From: Mobula hypostoma | Taxonomy: Eukaryota | DNA length: 64,000 nt | Direction: 5' to 3' | Assembly (NCBI RefSeq): GCF_963921235.1 | Contig: NC_086097.1 | Location: 42,286,001-42,350,000 of the forward strand | Part shown: piece by piece, positions 26,580-39,012 of the stretch | Layout: every line of letters begins with the position of its first letter | Position numbering within the stretch: position 1 is the stretch's first letter | Notes under the pieces: model-generated | Database searches by the model: none | Told to the model about the DNA's origin: nothing | Seen by the model: the letters and a program-made list of their open reading frames with translations, nothing else | Made by a program: the position numbers and the translations under genes

Positions 26580-28860
26580 GTACTTGTTCCTGATGGCAGC
26601 AGTGAGAAGAGAGCGTTACCTGGGTGTTGGGATCCCTGATGATGGATGCTGCTTTTCTGCATCTACACTTGGTATAGATGTGCTTAATGGTGGGGAAGGC
26701 TTTACTCATGATGGGCTGGGCTGTATCCACTATTTTTTTGCAGGATTTTCCATTCAAGGGGATTGGCGTTTCTATACCAGGCTTCCATGCAGCCAGTCAA
26801 TATACTCTGGACCACACATCTATGAAAGTTTGTCAAAGTTCTAGATGTCATGCTGAATCTTTGCAAACTCATTAGAGGTGCTGCCACGCTTTCTTTGTAA
26901 TTGCAATTACGTGCTGGGCTCAGGACAAGCTGTCCAAAATGATAACACAGAGGAATTTGAAGTTGAATGCCAAGCTGTAGTCGATGAAGAACATCCTGAT
27001 ATATGTATCTTCACTGTCCAGATGATCCATGGTTGAGAGAGGGGCCAATGAGACGGCATCTGCTGCGGATCTGTTGCTCCGCTAGGCAAATTGGAGTGGA
27101 TCCAAGTCGCTTCTCAGGAAGGAGTTGATATGTTTCATCACCAACCTTTCAAAACACTTCATCATAATGTATGTAAGTGCTACTGGATGATAGTCACTGA
27201 GACAGGTTACTACACAGGTTACCACAGCATGCACCAGTATAAATGAAGTCTGCTTGAAGCGAGAAAGACCTCTGACTGCCGAAGCGAGAGGATAAAGATC
27301 TCAGTGAACCCTCCATCCAGTTGATCAGCACAAATCTTCAGTACTAGGCCAGGTATCTCATCTGGACTGGATGCCTTCCATGGGTTCACCCTCCAGAAGT
27401 CTGCTCACAAGTTGGTTTCAGAGACTGAGATCACAGGATCATATAGGGCTGCGGCTGGTGGTGATGGTTCCTCCATGTTTTGACAGTCAAAACAAGTATA
27501 AAAGAAGTGAAGCCCTGTTGTTGCCCATGTTGTTTAAGTTTACTTTATAAGAGGTGATAGCATTTAAGCCCTGCTACAACTGTCAAATGTTCTTCATTGA
27601 TTCAAGAATTGGACCTCTTGTAATTTTCTTGATCTCCAGACTTGAATAACTCTGACCTGACCCTCAGCAGACTGTGGGTCTCATGGTTCACCCCGAGCTT
27701 CTGAATGGGGAAGACTCTGAATGATTTAGTGGGGACACACTCATTGACAGCTGTTTTAATAAAGTCTGTGACAACCAGGGTGTTCATTCAGGTCCACAGA
27801 TGAGGCCCTGAACACAGCCCAGTCCACTGACTCCAAGCAATCCCATAGCTGCTGCTCTGCTGCCTGCGACCACCTCTTTGTTGTAATCTCTGGAGTGTTG
27901 CTCTTTAGCCTCTGCCTGTACGCAAGTAGGAGAAGACAGCCAAGTGATCAGAATTACCGACGTGCAGTCTTAGCATGGAACAGTAGGCATTCCTTATCTT
28001 AGTATAATAATGGTCTTATGTGTTGGGACCTCTGGTGCCACACATGATGTGCTGATTGTAATTGTACAGGGTTTTGTTCAAACAAGCCTGATTGAAGTCC
28101 CCAACTATGATTTGAAATGCTTCAGGATGGACTCTTTCTTGTTTGCAGCCAACATCATGCAGTATCTCAAGCACTTGATTATATTCGGCTACTGGTGGAA
28201 CTGTGGTCAGGATTATGAAGAAGAATACCCGTAGTAAATAGAATAGATAGCAATTGATCATTAGATGTTCAAGGTCAGGGGAACATGAGTTTGACAAAAT
28301 TGAGACCATTGGAGCACCACTGAGAGTTTATCATGAAACACATGCCCCCGCCTTTTGCCTTTTTCCAAGTCAGCAGTTCGGTTCATCCTATGAATCAAGA
28401 AGCCTTCTGATCTTATCACCGTATCTAGTGTGTTGGGAGTAAGCCATGTCTCAATTGCACATAGAACACAACATTCCCTCATTTCCCTCTGACAAAGCAA
28501 CCTTGCCCTCAGGTCCTCAATTTTTTTCTCCAGTGACTGCACATTTGCTAACAAGATGTTGGGTAGACATTGACTCAATCCTCTGTGTTTCAGCCTAGCT
28601 TGGAGTCACCCCGGCCCCTACCTCACTTCAGGCATGGAGGTGAAACTCCAGTGCTGTACCTGCTTGCTTGAGAGTTAAGTCCTCCGAGTCCTTCAGAGGA
28701 TCGCAAAACCTATAGTTAAGTAAGTTGATTTTAAAGTACATTGCTTAAAGCTAAATTACATGCTGCAGATTGCAGTGAGAGTAATTCAAAAGAGGTATAT
28801 TTAGAAATATTGTACATAACCTGCAGAACATCGCCATGGTTCACCGGTACCATCTTGCAA
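26580..28860 (-). mobile_element. Rex1/Babar-type LINE, internally deleted (APE + partial RT + C-terminus)
   Basis: ILLANVQSLEKKIEDL, CAIETWL, IIVGDFNQA, TLTNFHRCVVQSILTGC. Confidence 0.85.
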
Positions 28861-29981
28861 TGGAATCTCTCTAGATAATTGGTTCAAAAGTACTGGGAGA
28901 AAATAATTAGTATCCGAAGACAAGATCTAACAAGCTGCATGTTATGCTGTAAGAGTTCAATCAGAACATACAACAGAAAGGAGATACAAAAGCCTGAAGA
29001 CACACACTCAGCAATTCAGGAACAGCTCCTTCTCCTTTGCCATCCGATTCCTAAATGGACGTTGAACCCATGAACATCATTTCATTTTTTAAATATTATT
29101 TCTGTTTTGCACAATTTTAAATTTAACCATTTAATATTCATAAATGTACTTCTGTAATTGATTGATTTCTATATTATGTATTGCATTGAGCTGCTGCTGC
29201 TAAGTTAACAAATTTCACAATGCATGCCGGTGATAACAAACCTGATTCTGATTCTAGTCGTCAATCCTGATCCTGCTCTGTCATTGGAGTTGAAGTTCCA
29301 GAAGATGGCACATTATATTGAGGACATCTTTACCTAAATGCATTTGCCCTACCCATTCTTTTGTTGAGGCTCATATACAAGACCTGCTCCCTGAAGAACC
29401 ATGGTGGGTATGAACTCCTGCTGAGAGATTGTCTCTCCACTTCCCGTTTGATCATCCTTGCCCTCTGTCGGCTTTGATCCTTTTTCCAGTTATACTTCAT
29501 GCCCAGGGGAATGAATGAACCCCTTTCTGAAAGCAACTGGTTTGTGCTGAAGCTGTGAAATATGTACATTGTCCTTCAGCATCTGTCACTTTCAATCCCT
29601 GGAGACATCAGCGACTTTAAAGGAAGCTTAAAAAAGCACTTGCAGGATTGTGGCAACAGCAAAATAAATCAATCCACAACAAGCCTGAAAATATTTACAG
29701 ATCTCTTTAACTAACAATGGACAATGTTACAATATGAAGGGTGATGACGCTTTGGTTACAAGATGAGAACAATGGGGTTAAATCAGACATCTTGCCCTCT
29801 TCTTTGCAGACCTCCATGAGTATTTTCTGTACGTGTTCTGACACCATCAATAATACCTCATCATACATATAATATCCCAGAAGTTCACATCCATGTTAGC
29901 AAGGAACCCGTACAAATCAGAAACATGTATTTCTGAGGCTGGTTGCTTGTAACTGCAAATAGAGTTGACTGTTTTTGGAAA

Positions 29982-31607
29982 CATGGCAGATTCCGGTTAA
30001 TTGAGTCACATTGGGGCCGGTACATTTTTGATCTATTTAAGTGGCTGCCCCAATTAGCTGAAATTTCATGAAAACAGTTGAAAAGGTATAAAAAAGACAC
30101 TTAACTGAGTAACAACTTATATATTTAAACGACATACAGAACAAATTAGAACACTGCGGATACTTCTGGTGTTTGTCTGTTATATCTGATGACGACAGGA
30201 ATCCTGTGCAGGAGAGTTGTCAAAGAGGAAAAGCCACTGCACTGGGGCAGTTCCACTCTCAGAAGTCCAGGTTCATTGGAACGAGTAGGCATCACAACTG
30301 CAATCTTTCCTTTTCACATTTTAATTCCACATTCCATTCCCATTCTGACATGTCTATCCACGGCCTCCCCTACTGTAAAGATGAAGCCACACTCAGGTTG
30401 GAGGAACAACACCTTATATTCCGTCTGGGTAGCCTCCAACCTGATGGCATGAACATCGACTTCTCTAACTTCCGATAATGCCCCACCTCCCCCTCGTACC
30501 CATCCTTTATTTATTTATATACACACATTCTTTCTCTCTCTCTCCTTTTTCTCCCTCTGTCCCTCTGACTATACCCCTTGCTCACCCTCTGGATTTCCCC
30601 CCCCTCCCCCTTTTCCTTCTCCCTAGGCCTCCTGTCCCATGATCCTCTCATATCCCTTTTGCCAATCACCTGTCCAGCTCTTGGCTCCATCCCTCCCCCT
30701 CCTGTCTTCTCCTATCATTTTGGATCTCCCCCTCCCCCTCCCATTCCCACTTTCAAATCTCTTACTAGTTCTTCCTTCAGTTAGTCCTGACAAAGGGTCT
30801 CAGCCTGAAACGTCCACTGTACCTCTTCCTAGAGATGCTGCCCAGCCTGCTGCATTCACCAGCAACTTTGATGTGTGTTGCTGCGGTCTTTCCTGTTGGC
30901 AATGGATGGCCATGACTTCTGTGCTCTGACTGCTCTCTACGCAGCATTACAGAACCACTTTCAGCCCATTTGATCGCACTCATATATCTCATCTGCCAGA
31001 GCTGACTTCACGTGCTAGCACAGACCAGGGTATGAGACCCATTGGGCACCCTCACTTGAATTTTCCGTCCTGTCAAAGTGGTGTACCGTGGTGTGGCAAA
31101 CAGCCTCATGAAACCACAGGTGTGAGCTGAGTGTCTGGTGGGGACCAAAGTAACATTTAAGGTCATTGTCGATGCCTTCAAACTCCTCATAGTTGAAGTA
31201 GTAAAACTGTTTCATTTTTACTCCTGGCCGTTTCTAACATTTCCAAGCCTGAATGCTCGAAACCATGGTGAGCAGTACAGTTCTGAATTATCTTACTACT
31301 TATTTCTCACCAACTATGAGTGACAAAAATCACTGCTTTTTGAACACAAGTACACACAACTGACACTATTTAAAAAGTGTTCACTTGAAGCTCGGTGTGG
31401 TGTCTAATAGCCACACATCAAACACGTAACTGACAGTGGTTAGAAAATGTTCGCTAACTGTCTCCTGCCCCAATTAAGTGGCAATAGTGTCCTAAATAAA
31501 TGAAGGGAATCCAGGCTATTTTCTCGAATTGTTTTTGTTCTTCAAGAGTTGTCCCAAATAAACAGCTGCTGTGATTAACCAATGGCCCAGGTAACTGAAA
31601 TTCGCTG
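29982..31607 (-). mobile_element. Tigger/pogo-like non-autonomous DNA transposon with nested insertions
   Basis: Imperfect TIRs cagattccggttaattg at ~29987 and ccaggtaactgaaattcgctg|TA ending 31607; acidic transposase C-terminus-like remnant YEEFEGIDNDLKCY. Confidence 0.65.
30312..30882 (+). mobile_element. Penelope-like 3' fragment (end of GIY-YIG + pLTR)
   Basis: HFNSTFHSHSDMSIHGL...RLEEQHLIFRLGSLQPDGMNIDFSNFR; pLTR with mutated hammerhead at 30783-30818. Confidence 0.92.
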
Positions 31608-32038
31608 TATTTTGATTTAGCTAGAGCAGCTGATAGATATGTGATGTTTATAACAAGCTCAGCATTGTGACCAAATATATTTCGCATTTATTGATTTTTC
31701 GGAATTAAGTACCACGTTTGAAGGTATAAAATTCTTGTACCATCAAATGAACAAGTCAACAGATAACAACATATATTTTACAAAGACACCCCAGACAAAC
31801 GTGAAGGAAAAATTTTCCTGAATAGTTTTCCATTTGTTTTCTATTTGTTTTCTATTTTCAGAATGTTCAAATGCGAGAAAACAATGCCATCTAGCTGTTC
31901 TTGTCATAGGAATTCACCACATAATACTATTAAATATGATCAGAGGTTTTGGTTCATCAAATTTCAGTAATTTTGCTCTACAGGGTGGTTAAACCTATAT
32001 AATCGATTAATTGATTTTTGGAGTAGCCAAGCAATTAC

Positions 32039-32475
32039 ATTCACTGGCTACCTGCACGGTAATACAAGTATCTAATCGGCCAATCAGGTGGTAGCATAAA
32101 AACATGGTCAAGAAGTTCAGACCAAACGTCAGAATTGGGAAGAAATGTGATTTAAGTGACTTTGACTGTTGGTGCCAGACAAGGTGGTTTGAGTATCTCA
32201 GAGAATGGTGCAATAAACAAAAAAAAATCCAGTGGGCGTCAGTTCTGTGGGTGAAAACACCTTGTTATTGAGAGAGGTAGGAGGAGAATAGCCACACTGA
32301 TTCAAGCTGACAGGAAGGCGACAGTAACTCAAATAACCACACATTATAAGAGTGGTGTGCAGAAGAGAGTCAATCTCTGAACGCACCACACATTGAACCT
32401 TGAAGTGGATGGGCTACAGCAGCAAAAGACCACAGTGGTTCCACTCCTGTACCTAATAATGTGGCCACTGAGGGT
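32039..32475 (+). mobile_element. Tc1 deletion derivative
   Basis: Right TIR tgtacctaataatgtggccactgaggg|TA; transposase N-terminal remnants GKKCDLSDF, QADRKATVTQITT, TLKWMGYSSKRP. Confidence 0.8.
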
Positions 32476-33427
32476 ATCTCACTAGATCTCTTCAAGTTAA
32501 AAAGCAGAGTGAAGGCTGAAAACCAGGCTGAGAAAATACTTCAATGTTTTTGCATCATCTGCCTGTAATTCATGTTATCAGTATTTTCTGTCAGGATAGT
32601 TAATGTTACAGACATTAATTGCCTATACACATAGAAAGGTTAGTAGTGGAACAGTGAAGGTTTAGATAGCGCTAGGTTTATCATTTATTACAGTTCCTAC
32701 CCACTCATTCTATCTTTGAGTGAGAGAGGAATAAACTTGCCCACTATCTGTTTGAGCACTTGGATGGGCACAGAGGGGCACAGCTTGAAGGGATGTGGGG
32801 CGAACAGAGGAGATTTGAAATAGCGGGGTGAGCACTGTGGTTGGACCAAAGGGCCATCGTTTGTGCTGTATTGCTTCATGACTATGAATCTATGATTAAA
32901 CCTTATCACCTTGTGAGGGACAGGCATCTGTGAGGCATTACCCGGCAGAGTGGTGGAGGCACATCCTATGCCGCCTTTGACTAATGAGTTAGATCAGTGC
33001 ATAGAAGGAAATGTTTTCAGGAAAGTGAGTCCAAATGGGCCTGGTGGTAATAGCTGCACTGCACTCCCAGCAAAATGGCACAGCCTCAATGGACAGAATG
33101 GCCTCATTTTGTGCTGTAGCCATCCTACAACTCTAACTCAGTGAAGAGAATCAGCGATAAAGAATGAGGCATGGGGAATGGAATGAGCTGCAGTAACGTA
33201 TGCTGTGGTGACTCGGGGAGGGAGATAGCATCCATAAAACCATAATATCATAAGACATAGGAGCAGAATTAGGCCATTCAGCCCATCATGTCTTCTCCAC
33301 AATTCCAACATGGCTGATTTATTATCTCTCTCAACTGTATTCTCCTACCTTCTTCATGTAACCTTTGACACCCTTACTAATTAAGAACTATCAGCCTCCA
33401 CTTTATATACATGACTTGACCTCCACA

Positions 33428-33629
33428 AAGCCGGCTGGTGGCATAGACTTCGGAGCAAAGGCTCCCGAGTTCGAATCCAGCCGGCTCCCTTGCACACTTT
33501 CCATCCGTGCTGGGTTGAGCGTCGAGCTAGCAACTCGGCCTCATAAAAATAAGAAAGCCTGCTAAAAAACGCCGTCATGACGACATCCCAATGACTCCAC
33601 TTGGAGTTAAGGGCTTTCTTCTTTCTTCT
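33428..33629 (+). mobile_element. Young tRNA-derived SINE with (CTT)n tail and 12-bp TSD
   Basis: B-box gagttcgaatcc; TSD ttgacctccaca at 33416-33427 and 33630-33641; many CpGs retained; inserted in a minus-strand CR1 3' end. Confidence 0.85.
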
Positions 33630-33969
33630 TTGACCTCCACATCCTTGACAGTCAATTCCACAATTCACCAGTCCCTGGCTAAAATAATTTCTCCTCATCT
33701 CTTCTCTAGAGGGATATCATCCTTACATTCTGAAACTTTCCCACTGTTGAAAAAGATGTGTTAACATTGGATAGGGTCCAGAGGAGGCTCATGGAAATTG
33801 TTCCAGGAATGAAAGGATTCATGCATGAGGAGTTTTTGATGGCTCTGGTCCTGTACTCACTGTAGTTTAGAAGAACTGGGGGGGGGGGGGGTGATCTTAT
33901 TGAAACCTATCAAATAGTGAAAGGCATGGATGAAGTGGATGTGGAGAGGATGTTTCCTGTAGTGGGGGA

Positions 33970-35121
33970 AGCACATGCAATCTCACTGGCTCTCCACTCA
34001 GTTTTGGATCACCAGAACAATAGCAATACCTACACCACGCTGCTGTTTATTGATTACAGCTCAGTGTGGAACACTATCATACCCTCAGTTCTAATCAACA
34101 AGCTCCAAAACCTGGGCCTCTGTACCTCCCTCTTCAACTGGATCCTTGACTTCCTTATCAAAAGACCGCAGTCAGTGCAGATCAGAAATAACATCTCCTC
34201 CTTGCTGACTGTCAACCCTGGTGCACCTCAAGGATGCAAGCTTAGCCCACAGCTCTACTCTGGCTACGCCGACGACTATGTGGCCATACATAACTCAAAC
34301 ACCATCCACAAATTTGCTGATGACACAGCTGGTGTTGGCAAAATTTCAGATGGTGGTGAGGAACGAGAAAGATGAGCTGGTTGAGTGGTGTCTCAACAGC
34401 AACCTTGCGCTCAAAGTCTAGGACTAAGGAATTGATGTGAACTTCAGGAAGGGGAAGTCGAGGGAATACACACCAGTCCTGATTGAGGAATCAACAGCGG
34501 AAATGTTGAGTAGTTTCAAGTTCCTGGGTGCCAACAACATCTCCAAAGATCAAAGCTGGGCCCAGCACACCGATGCAATTGCGAAAAAGACGCAGCAGCA
34601 ACGATATTTCATTAGGGGTTTGAGGAGACTTGGTATGGTATCAACAGGTTGCATCACCATCTGGTATAGAGGAGCCACTGCACAGGATCAGAAAAAGATG
34701 CAGACAGTTGTAAGTTCAGGTGTCTCCATCATGGGCACCGGCCTCCCCAGCAACCAGAACACCTTCAAAAGGCCACGCCTCAAAATGGCAGCATCCATCA
34801 TTAAGGACCACCATCACCCAGGTCATGCCCTCTTGTCATTGCTACCATCAAGTAAGAGATATAGGAACCTGAAGATGCACACTCAGTGTTGCAGTGCCAT
34901 CTTCATCCCCTCCACCATCAGATTTCAGAATGGACAATGAACCAATGAACATCAGCTCACTTTTTCTCTGCTCTCTTTTAGCATTACTTATTTAATATTT
35001 TAATAGGAACTACACTTATTGCAATTTATAGTGTTATATTATTTATGTATCGCAATGTACTGCAGGTGCTAAACAACAAATATCATGGCAAATGCCAGTG
35101 ATATTAAACCTGATCCTGATT
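33970..35121 (+). mobile_element. Rex1/Babar-type LINE 3' half nested in a CR1 3' fragment (~33745-33969 and ~35122-35375)
   Basis: [44 protein letters not shown]; tail aaacctgatcctgattc; host resumes MFPVVGE|.RTRGHS. Confidence 0.9.
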
Positions 35122-36127
35122 CAGAGTGTAGGACCAGAGGGCACAGCCACAGAATAGAGGGATGTCCCTTTGGAACAGAGATGAGGAGAAATGTCCTTAG
35201 CCAGAGAATGGTGCATCTGTCTAATTCTTTGATTCCTTGATTAGTAAGGGTGTCAAAGGTTACAGAGAGAAGGCAAGAGACAGGGGTTGAGCGGGTTTTT
35301 AAGTCAGCCATGATGGAATGGCAGAGCAGACTTTTTCTGCCAAATGGCTGAGATCTGCTCCTATGCCTTATGGATTAAATGTTATTGATGTTGACACTTT
35401 ATAAGTGAATATATCAAATGAAGTAAATGACAAGCATCAGATGTGCTACATATATTTTATGAATAAAATATATCTTCCAAATTAAGGCACGAGGTTTATC
35501 TTGTAATTTGGGTTTCACACCAGTAATCAGTTTTGTCCTCCAAGGTCACCAATTCTACAGCCTAAGTTAACCCAAACAAATATCTTACCCACAGTTAACT
35601 GCTCAAGGGATGCATAATTTGTGTGAATTCATCCAGGTCACTGATTTATCTGGTAAAGAGCTGAGGCCCCAAACCAAATCTTCAGAAAACACCATTTGAC
35701 ACAAGCCGTGAACAAAAAGGCATTCATCTCACACCTACGCCACAAGGTTACCTCCAATTCCACATGTTTCTGTCTTGCTCACAGTTGCTGTGTGAAAATA
35801 AATGGAATACTTATGAAAGAACATGTGGTTAAAAACTTTCGGATTACTTGCTTATTAGTGAGAGATTATTGGATAAACGGCATTTTTTTTCCACAGACTG
35901 GAAAAGGCAGAAAGGAAACATAATGGAATAATGTAGAGTTATGAGGGGGCACAGAAAGAATAGAAAGCAGGGATATCTATCAATAGAGTACATTAGGTAA
36001 GGACTAGGATCACTGGGGCAGATTTGAGTAAGGGTCTTTTATCTCAAATATGACTGAAATCTGAAATACAATTCTTAAGGAAGTAATGGAGACAGGTCCC
36101 TCACAACTGCTAATTCTTCCCAGAATA

Positions 36128-36330
36128 GGCAGCACAGTAACGTAATGGTTAGCGTTATGCTATTACTGTGCCAGCGATGGCGGTTCAATCCCCAGCACTG
36201 TCTGTAAGGACTTTGTATGTTCTCCCTGTGAACGTGTGGGTATTCTCCCGGTGCTCCAGTTCTCTCCCATGTTCTAATGATGTGCAGGCTTGTTGGGCCA
36301 GAAGGGCCTGTTACCATGTTGTACCTCTAG
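36128..36330 (+). mobile_element. tRNA-derived V-SINE/HE1-like SINE with CR1-like tail
   Basis: A-box-like taacgtaatgg, B-box ggttcaatccc, core gtatgttctccctgtgaacgtgtggg, tail tgggccagaagggcctgtt shared with CR1 3' ends. Confidence 0.8.
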
Positions 36331-36358
36331 ATTTAAAAAATGTAAAATATTTAGATAA

Positions 36359-37305
36359 CTTTTTCCAAGTTTAACCATGTTATAGTTTGGGAAAACCATT
36401 GAAATGTAGTAGGGGGATTAGAATCTTTCCATTTAAATAAAATGGATCTTCTGGCTATTAATGTAACAAATGCAATCAAACGACAAGCTGAAGGGGATAA
36501 ATGACTAAAGTCTATCACTGGTAATCCAAAAATTGCAGTAATAGGATGAGGCTGTAAATCAATACGCAAAACTACTGAAATAATATCAAAAATATCTTTC
36601 CAATATTTTTGCAAAAGAGGGCAAGACCAGAACATATGTGTCAAGGAAGCTACCTCAGAACTACATCTGTCACAGACAGGATTTATATGGTGATAAAAAC
36701 GAGCTAACTTATCCTTAGACATACGCGCCCTACGAACCACCTTAAATTGTATCAAAGTGTGTCTAGCACACATTGAAGAAGTGTTAACTAGTTGGAGAAT
36801 TTTCTCCCATTTCTCTATAGGTAAAGATACCTGAAGTTCTCTTTCCCATTCATTCTTAATTTTATCAGAGGGAAAAAATTAGGAGTGGTACTATTGATCC
36901 TTCCAATAAATTTGAAGAAACTTGGAGGCCACTTATTCAACATTTTCATATGATGTAAGCTGACCTTCTCCGAACCCTTTTCAATAACTTTTTGTTTGTG
37001 TATAGAGGAGCAGAGTTAATGACAAATAATGATTTTAACCGATGAAACATGGCAGCCCAGCCTTTGTTTTGTTTTGTTTTGTTTTTTTTTTGTCTTTTTT
37101 AGTGTAGGGAGACTTTTTCTTTGTATAAAATTTTTCGAATCTTTTTCATATTCAGTTATTAAGAGATCGGGAGGCTTAAATTACATAAGTTACTCGGAGT
37201 CTGTGTCTGTATACGTTAACTGTTATTAATGTAATCCCGATCCCTTTGTATCATTATCATTGTTTTGTTTATCAATTCGAAACTTAATAAAAAAGATTGA
37301 GAAAG
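36359..37305 (+). mobile_element. L1-clade LINE 3' end with 5' inversion (inverted part 36359-36870; sense part 36871-37305)
   Basis: Minus-strand CDRC..ASLTHMFWSC zinc knuckle ending WLNLEK; plus strand continues EKIRSG...WRPLIQHFHMM*, then 3' UTR and AATAAA; perfect 15-bp TSD aaaatatttagataa at 36344-36358 and 37306-37320. Confidence 0.92.
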
Positions 37306-38564
37306 AAAATATTTAGATAAGTACATCAGATACAATAGTACAGTAGTCAAAGGCTCAGGTGCTATAAAATTGGATTTGTACAATGTTCATGGTTTTGTGG
37401 TAACCAACATAATACAACAGGTTGAAGAGCCTATTTCCATAGTGAGTGGCTTTATCGCTGTAGTTGAACAACCTAAGCACAGTAAAATCCACAATACACA
37501 CTTCAGACAAACTATGATTCTACACAAATGATTGGAAAACTACAAAGTTGTGTTCATGATTACATTCTGAATTTGAGATCAAGGACAGAGAAAAATTCCC
37601 CTCTCCTCCCAAGGGAGAAATTTCTAGTGGTGAATTAATGTGGATCATCATTGCTATGACTCAAGCACCAGATCATACTGGAACAGCCTTGGAAGCTAAA
37701 CATAAATAGTACAGTGATTCAAGACAAAATCAGATCTGAAAAAAATGCTTTTACTGGTAAAAGACTAAAGACAATCATAAGTCATGGAGAAGAGCTTGAT
37801 AAGAGAGTCGTACACAAGGACTGAGAAAATGTTTTGGGAATTTGTGATGCATATTTTATATGTAATATTAGAAATCACAGAATTATACCAGTAAGTGTTT
37901 ATTTGTTAAGTGGATCTTAACAAAATACATTAAGAAGCTGATAACACAACATATCTCGTTAGGCATTGTAAAATAAAGGTAAAATAAAGCTGAATCTTCA
38001 CCTGCAAGTCAGTTATTGGCTATTGAACATTATTGCCATAATTACGGAACCATCTTTTCATTCTAAGCGAGTAATGGGACAAGAAAGAGCAGTCTGGTTT
38101 GCATTACATTGATCTTTTCCTAATGGAATTTCAATTACCACATATTTGCACAAGATAATTAATATTGAATATTGATAATGAATATTAAACAGGCTTATAA
38201 ATAAACTTCAAATTATCCTCATGAATGCTTTATAGAGTTAAAACCTTTGACCTGTATTTATCCTAAATTTGAGTGAAGTATAAGAAAATCAATCAATCAG
38301 TGTGAATGCAAGATATTCTCCATCAATTTATGAGTCTTCTTTGACAGCACTGTGTCAGCCTCTGACTTCTATTACCTAAGAAGACGTGGGAAAGTTCTCA
38401 CCTGCAAGTTCAGCCCCAAGCCTCATACTATCAGCTGATGTCGTCATGTTCACCAGATCTAAATCCTGCTTAATAGAACACTGAATATGTCTTCCAGAAG
38501 ACCAGAATTTATTCAAAGTTATCCCTCTCTGTAAATATAAACCTATAAATGTTTGCATACAAGG

Positions 38565-39012
38565 AGAACATAAGAACGTAAAAAACAGGGCCTCTCGCCT
38601 ATTGAGCCCGTTCCACCATTCATGGCTGACCTGGCCATGGACTCAGCTCTACTTAGCTGTCTCTTCCCATATCCCTTAATTCCCCTACTATGCAGGAATC
38701 TATCTAAATGTCTGAAATAATTTAATGAGGTAGCCTCTACTGCTTCTCTTGACAAAGACTCAGAATCACTGCTCTGGAAAAAGAGGCTCCACTTCATCTT
38801 ACTCATAAATCTACTTCCATGAATCTTGAGGTAATGCCCCTTACCTTTGAATGGAAACCATTTTCCTGCCTTACCTTATCTATCACTTTCATTATTTTTT
38901 ATATTTTTGTATGATTCCCCTTTTATTGTTCTGAATTCCAGTGAGTATAGTTCCAGGTGACCCAATCTCTCCTCATAGCCTAACTTCATCTCCAGAATCA
39001 GCCCAGTGAACG
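38565..39012 (-). mobile_element. CR1 3' fragment
   Basis: agaacataagaac tail; reverse complement encodes REAVEATSLNYF..LDRFL. Confidence 0.75.

Noticed and set aside
29330..29569. Minus-strand ORF ending at a possible donor (similar cases at 38400-38530, 51770-51860, 57978-58083)
   Set aside because: No recognisable homology, weak or ambiguous splice sites, and no phase-consistent chain.
33428..33490. tRNA gene (also considered at 36128-36200)
   Set aside because: Only SINE heads; no complete cloverleaf, and each is followed by a SINE body and tail.
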